49,982 bases of DNA, taken from the NCBI GenBank assembly GCA_023139255.1, contig JAGLNY010000011.1:1-49982 (forward strand). The letters run 5' to 3'. Each line of letters begins with the position of its first letter. Position 1 is the first letter of the stretch. This document shows positions 45,732 to 49,982 of this stretch, in pieces. Made by a program: the position numbers and the translations under genes. A model generated the notes under the pieces. The model was not told where the DNA came from. It saw nothing but the letters and a program-made list of their open reading frames with translations, and did not search any database. Origin of the DNA: Spirochaetales bacterium. GTDB taxonomy: Bacteria; Spirochaetota; Spirochaetia; JABMQR01.

Positions 45732-46994
45732 TCAACAGCTGCCAGGCTTCTCCATTCCCCTGATTACCTCTTCCCTGGCAATCTTCAGCCACTGGATAAA
45801 TCTTTCAGGGTGTTTCTGACAGGTATGAGTGTCCTTCAGGATAATTTCAAGAATACACCCCTGTTTCAGTGCAGTCTCAATTCCGTGCCTAAGGTATTCC
45901 CGAACCATTTCCGATTGAAAATCCCCAACAAGTTGAGCTGGTTGAGGTTTCCATGAAAAAATATAATCCCCTTTCAACCTCTCTGCACACTGTTCTACAT
46001 CAGCCCAGGGAGATATCGAAATCCGTCGGATATTGGGAATCTGACACACATCATCAAGCTTCCGGGTCAAGTCTTCACAACAGCCGTATCCTGTAAGACC
46101 AAAGGGTTCCAGAAGCTCCTTCTCATATGTCAAAGCAAATTCTGCATGCTGCACCGGCCCTACCTGTGCCAGTTCCTGAGATTCCGCACTGGCCCACATA
46201 TCCTCCGGACGAACCGTTCCCGTGAATCCCGGAGCAGGCAGCTCATTTTTAAGATAGCCATTACCCCCGGAGTTGTGATACGTACCATCCCTGTTCAACT
46301 CCAGCAAATCCTGCTCCCGGTACTGTCGGAGAATCTCTTTATGCCCCTCAGTCAGCCTTGCCATTGCTTCATGGAGCATCCCGGGATTCAGGTACATATC
46401 CATCATCATCTCTTCCAATCCACGCCACAGTGTATACTGCTGCATTAAATGATAGCTGATACGCCCTGCCCCTTTTACTTGTACAGGCAGGATTCCATCA
46501 AAAAGATCCTCCATTTCTGCCCTGTTTCTTTCCGTTTCCTCTTCATTATAAGTAATGCGGGGGGTCTTGATCCGCTTCAAATCACTGAATTCTTTAATTA
46601 CCGGATCAAAGTGCCAGGCACCACGGGATTCTGAACTGGAAATCTTTCGCTCCTGTATACCCCACCCGGTTGAGGCAAACTGCTTGGGAACCCTCCAAAA
46701 TGCTTCACCAGGCTGATCGTCCGGTATCACCTCATGATAATAGAGTGTCCGGCGGAGTGCTGTCTCAATGTTACCGGCCTTCGGCCCCTCACACTTCAGC
46801 GAACTTTGCGGAATAAGTTCCTCCCAGGAGCCTTCAGGAAAGATGAGAATCAACGGCATACCAGGTCCTAGGGCATTATGACGCCGCCACTGTTCCCGTC
46901 GTTTTTCCTGCAGGGGGTTATCCGCAGCCTCTTTTACACGCTTTGCTAAATCCCGGAGGATTTTTTTATCTTTTACTATCATTACAGTCTCCAT
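45732..46994 (-). CDS. Hypothetical protein, possibly URO-D/MtaA-like TIM-barrel enzyme
   Basis: 420-aa clean ORF, divergent from an AraC regulator. Only a loose resemblance to uroporphyrinogen-decarboxylase-like proteins. Confidence 0.45.
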   Translation of the reverse strand: METVMIVKDKKILRDLAKRVKEAADNPLQEKRREQWRRHNALGPGMPLILIFPEGSWEELIPQSSLKCEGPKAGNIETALRRTLYYHEVIPDDQPGEAFWRVPKQFASTGWGIQERKISSSESRGAWHFDPVIKEFSDLKRIKTPRITYNEEETERNRAEMEDLFDGILPVQVKGAGRISYHLMQQYTLWRGLEEMMMDMYLNPGMLHEAMARLTEGHKEILRQYREQDLLELNRDGTYHNSGGNGYLKNELPAPGFTGTVRPEDMWASAESQELAQVGPVQHAEFALTYEKELLEPFGLTGYGCCEDLTRKLDDVCQIPNIRRISISPWADVEQCAERLKGDYIFSWKPQPAQLVGDFQSEMVREYLRHGIETALKQGCILEIILKDTHTCQKHPERFIQWLKIAREEVIRGMEKPGSC

Positions 46995-47096
46995 CTAATC
47001 TATATCTTGCATTCAAAGATACTGCATGTTATGTTGAAACACTTCCAATATTATGTACCGGAAGATTTTATACATTATTTGACAAGAACCAAGCAC

Positions 47097-47978
47097 ATGA
47101 AAAGAAAACCTGATTCTATCCATCCTGATCTCAACCGGCTTCAGATGCCGATAATAAAAGAACTCGGATTGGTTCATTCCCTGACAGCAAGGAATCTGCC
47201 ATGGCATGTGAATCGGGGGTTTGAACTCACGTACGCTTACAGTGGAGAATTTATCTGGGAAATTGAACAGGACTCCTGCAGAGAAAGGCTCCAGCTTACG
47301 GGGGGAGTTCTGGGGCTTACTCCGCCTGACCTTCCCCACCGAGGATATGACAGTCTGATAGCTCCCGGTGAACTTCTTTATATTGTTTTTGATCCGGAAA
47401 CCAAGGGAGCAGAAATTGGATTGGGGATGAATCCTGAAGAACTCAAATTGTTCAGCGGCCTCTGGAATGGGATTAATCTGGGAACAACCCCGGTGGATTC
47501 TAAAACTGAAACCTGCTGCCGATTGCTGGCATCAATCATGAAGGAACAGGCGGGTCCGGGTGATAAATCCTTAAAACAATGCGAACTGCGAAATAGTATT
47601 CTTCAAGTGCTGCTCACAGCCCTCTCCTGCTTTATCAATCCCGGAGAACAGAAGAGGAGTTCCCCCATAGCCAAAGCCTGCCAGTTTATGGAGATGCATA
47701 GTGCCGATAATCTGACAGTACACGATATGGCTTTCGCTGCAGGATTAGGAAAAACACGCTTTTTCGAATTATTTATTAAAGAGAAAGGACAGACACCCGG
47801 GAATTATTTCAATCGGCTCAGGTGTCGTAAAGCCTGCACACTGCTCCGGAAAGCAGACCTCCCTATTACTGAGATTGCTTTTAATTGCGGTTATTCCAGC
47901 AGTCAATATTTTGCAGCCTGTATACGGAAATATACCGGCTGCTCACCATCCGAATACCGTCGTCGTATCGTATTGTAA
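47097..47978 (+). CDS. AraC-family transcriptional regulator
   Basis: C-terminal double HTH ..MAFAAGLGKTRFFELF..ITEIAFNCGYSSSQYFAACIRKYTGCSPSEYR. Likely ATG at 47097 (the ORF track TTG is at 47007). Confidence 0.85.
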   Translation: MKRKPDSIHPDLNRLQMPIIKELGLVHSLTARNLPWHVNRGFELTYAYSGEFIWEIEQDSCRERLQLTGGVLGLTPPDLPHRGYDSLIAPGELLYIVFDPETKGAEIGLGMNPEELKLFSGLWNGINLGTTPVDSKTETCCRLLASIMKEQAGPGDKSLKQCELRNSILQVLLTALSCFINPGEQKRSSPIAKACQFMEMHSADNLTVHDMAFAAGLGKTRFFELFIKEKGQTPGNYFNRLRCRKACTLLRKADLPITEIAFNCGYSSSQYFAACIRKYTGCSPSEYRRRIVL

Positions 47979-48021
47979 TTAAGAGGCTTAATAAAGCGTG
48001 AAAAGTATTCGACTATTACAA

Positions 48022-48737
48022 TTATCTCAACCAGCCAGTTAAACGCGCCAGCCCTTTCATATACTGCAGATAATTCGGCCAGGAAACATCAGAAGGAATC
48101 CCATGATCACATGAGGGGATATATCCGCCGCTATCTACAACAGGTTTTATTCTTAACAGTTCCTCTTCCAACTCCCTGCCGCCGGCTGCCATTTTCCTTT
48201 TATCAACACCACCCCTGAATGCCATCTTTTTACCAAACTGCTCCCGCATGGCAACGATATCATTATGAGCCGCTACTTCCATTGGATCGCAGACATTTAT
48301 ACCGGCATCAATCCAGAGCGGAATAAGCTGACCCACAAAACCATCACTATCCATACCATAAATCGGTATATTATATGATCGAATTATCTCTCCCCATTGC
48401 TTCCACGCCGGGAATAGAAACTCTTTTGCCATTTCAGGTGAAATCATTGAGAAAGCCTTGTAAGCCATGTACGTTCATCAAGTTTAGCACCAAGCGCTTT
48501 GGCCTCTGTCGGCAGGCGTGCAGGATCGTTAGCATTATATCTCTCTTTCATAGCCTTCCAGTCATCCCAGGTTTCAACAGGACACCTGACCCATCTTCTC
48601 GTCACGAAGTCTATTGCATCCCGAAGATGTTCTGTCCCGAACTCTTTTCCTATCTCGCAGATGTTCCCTTTCCAGTCCTGGACAATCTGAGTTGTTTCCA
48701 ACACCTCTATAACCTTTTCTTCAAATGTAGGTATCAC
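48022..48737 (-). pseudogene. URO-D-like (uroporphyrinogen decarboxylase family) gene remnant, frameshifted with an internal deletion
   Basis: C-terminal piece 48022-48468 (..ISPEMAKEFLFP..GMDSDG..IDAGIN..P.E..) and N-terminal piece 48444-48737 are in different frames. Together they give about 245 aa against about 340 expected. Confidence 0.6.
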
Positions 48738-48787
48738 TCAATCTTTCATACCGTCAGCTGTCGAGAATTTTTTTACGTGAAACGGGA

Positions 48788-48973
48788 ATGTCCATAAAAA
48801 GTTATCAGGCAAAAGAAAGAATCAGGGAAGCAAAAAGATTACTGCAGGACACCGGTTTCTCAATCACTGATATAGCATATGAACTTCATTATGCATCTTC
48901 ACAGAAATTTGCAGCTCAGTTCAGAAAAGTTACCGGGATGACTGCAACAGAATTCAGGAATAGCAACAACTGA
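48788..48973 (+). pseudogene. AraC-family regulator, C-terminal HTH fragment only
   Basis: 61 aa: ..AKRLLQDTGFSITDIAYELHYASSQKFAAQFRKVTGMTATEFR. No ligand-binding domain upstream. Confidence 0.65.
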
Positions 48974-48988
48974 TATTGGACATCAGTC

Positions 48989-49465
48989 TTAATTAATCAA
49001 TTCCTGTAAAAATGTAATATAGAGTTCCAGCTCCTGCGAAACAAAAGGAATAACTTCTTTGTATTTCTTTTCCAGGAAATCAATCCGGTCTTTGTCATAA
49101 TCCATCTCAAAATAGTATCTTTTAAAATGCCGGAAACGCATAATTTCCTTCAGCAAATTGTATGATTTGTCTGTCAGCAATGCTTTTCGCACACCGGGAA
49201 TCTCGACCACCATTCTCTCTAACAAATTTGCATGCCATCTCTTCTTTTCCAGGTTATTTTCAAAGGCTTGAGAAATCCTTAAGAAAGTTGTTTCAAGGCA
49301 AGTATAATAATCTGTTATTATCTCAGCAAGAACAATGAGATCAAAATTATCAGGAAAACTACTTCGCTTTTCGGAAAAGTTCATATATTTCTGATTCATT
49401 TTAGTTAATTGAAAAATGGTCTTTTTGATCTCTCCAACCAACATGCTCAAATCACTGTTTTTCAT
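48989..49465 (-). CDS. HEPN-like / nucleotidyltransferase-substrate-binding-like partner protein (putative toxin of MNT-HEPN pair)
   Basis: 158-aa all-helical protein. ..LKEIMRFRHFKRYYF.. sits where HEPN proteins carry Rx4-6H. Its start overlaps the upstream MNT gene by 14 nt. Confidence 0.55.
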   Translation of the reverse strand: MKNSDLSMLVGEIKKTIFQLTKMNQKYMNFSEKRSSFPDNFDLIVLAEIITDYYTCLETTFLRISQAFENNLEKKRWHANLLERMVVEIPGVRKALLTDKSYNLLKEIMRFRHFKRYYFEMDYDKDRIDFLEKKYKEVIPFVSQELELYITFLQELIN

Positions 49466-49829
49466 ATATCAACTTCCCTTTTTCGATAATCGATTTACGG
49501 TTCAGCTCACCAACTTTTTCCATTTCAACAAGATCCAGAGGAAAAGACGTTTTATTCAGGGCAATCCCATAGAGTTTAAAGAAATCCTCTGCCGAATTGA
49601 GTCCTTCCACAGCGATATCGATATCAGAATTTTCATCAAAATGCTCTGGTGAAAGAAGAGAACCCCACTGATATATTTTTGTAACCGGAAAACTTTTTTG
49701 TATAGCTAAAATAATATCTTCAGCCTCTTTTTTGGCCTTTGTATATAACTCATGTGAGTATTGCTTTTTTCTTTCTGATTTTGTTTTGAGAAATTTTCTG
49801 GCAGCTTCATAATCAAAATTATCACTCAT
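49452..49829 (-). CDS. Minimal nucleotidyltransferase (MNT, putative antitoxin)
   Basis: IYQWGSLLS..ENSDIDIAV (GS...DxD) pol-beta-type NTase signature. 125 aa. Confidence 0.8.
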   Translation of the reverse strand: MSDNFDYEAARKFLKTKSERKKQYSHELYTKAKKEAEDIILAIQKSFPVTKIYQWGSLLSPEHFDENSDIDIAVEGLNSAEDFFKLYGIALNKTSFPLDLVEMEKVGELNRKSIIEKGKLIYEKQ

Positions 49830-49982
49830 ACTATTCTTTCCTGTACCTGAGGTAATTTTAAAAACCTCACCTCTTTGAATATATTATAAAACAACTATAG
49901 TACATCTATAGGTGAAACTCAAGCAACATTATCAGAATTGACAGGGCAAATTGGCCACGAAATCTACAATAATAATGATGAT

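Noticed and set aside
1-49982. Global reassignment of TAA to a sense codon, as an explanation for the in-frame TAAs.
   Set aside because: Many well-conserved genes end at TAA exactly at their expected C-termini (infA, cheB, the REC-GGDEF gene, ybjQ-like, dksA-like, the MBL hydrolase). TAA is therefore a normal stop here.
1-49982. CRISPR arrays, rRNA genes, tmRNA/RNase P, prophage structural genes.
   Set aside because: I saw no regularly spaced direct repeats and no rRNA-like or other recognisable RNA sequences. The only RNA genes I can fold are the two tRNAs.

Overview
About 50 kb of chromosome from a diderm bacterium. By eye it is moderately AT-rich, and the proteins give me a Spirochaetota-like impression that I cannot verify here. 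Most of the window is ordinary housekeeping: trxA, ssb, infA, tex, mltG, fumarate hydratase alpha/beta, an M16 peptidase, FKBP, efp/epmA/epmB, and two tRNAs. There is no rRNA and no CRISPR array.

Six things stand out:
1. A translationally coupled seven-gene chemosensory operon (7.8-16.5 kb) has exactly the Wsp parts list: 2 CheW, MCP, CheB, CheR-TPR, a CheA-REC hybrid and REC-GGDEF. Its CheA-REC gene is split inside the receiver domain by a single in-frame TAA.
2. A small, decayed, AT-rich island follows tRNA-Arg(CCT) (23.1-25.7 kb). It is bounded by a direct repeat of the tRNA anticodon-loop/T-arm segment. It carries a frameshifted tyrosine integrase, a small Cys/His protein, a roughly 680-bp non-coding tract with a thrice-repeated 10-mer, and a tightly coupled two-gene cassette. 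That cassette is a 50-aa ORF plus an H-G..G-x-Y-F-W protein broken by an in-frame TAA.
3. Two inverted copies of a long rod-like hairpin element (94 and 162 nt) bracket a 2.25-kb cassette. The cassette holds an archaeal-type UMP kinase, a PflX-like radical SAM gene and an IS5-type transposase stub.
4. An EF-P beta-lysylation locus has an amino-methyltransferase translationally coupled to efp.
5. There is a catalytically degenerate DEAD-box/DbpA paralog.
6. The right end is accessory and degraded: duplicated AraC/URO-D-like units and an MNT/HEPN pair.

All functional calls come from motif recognition in the supplied translations. No database search was possible.
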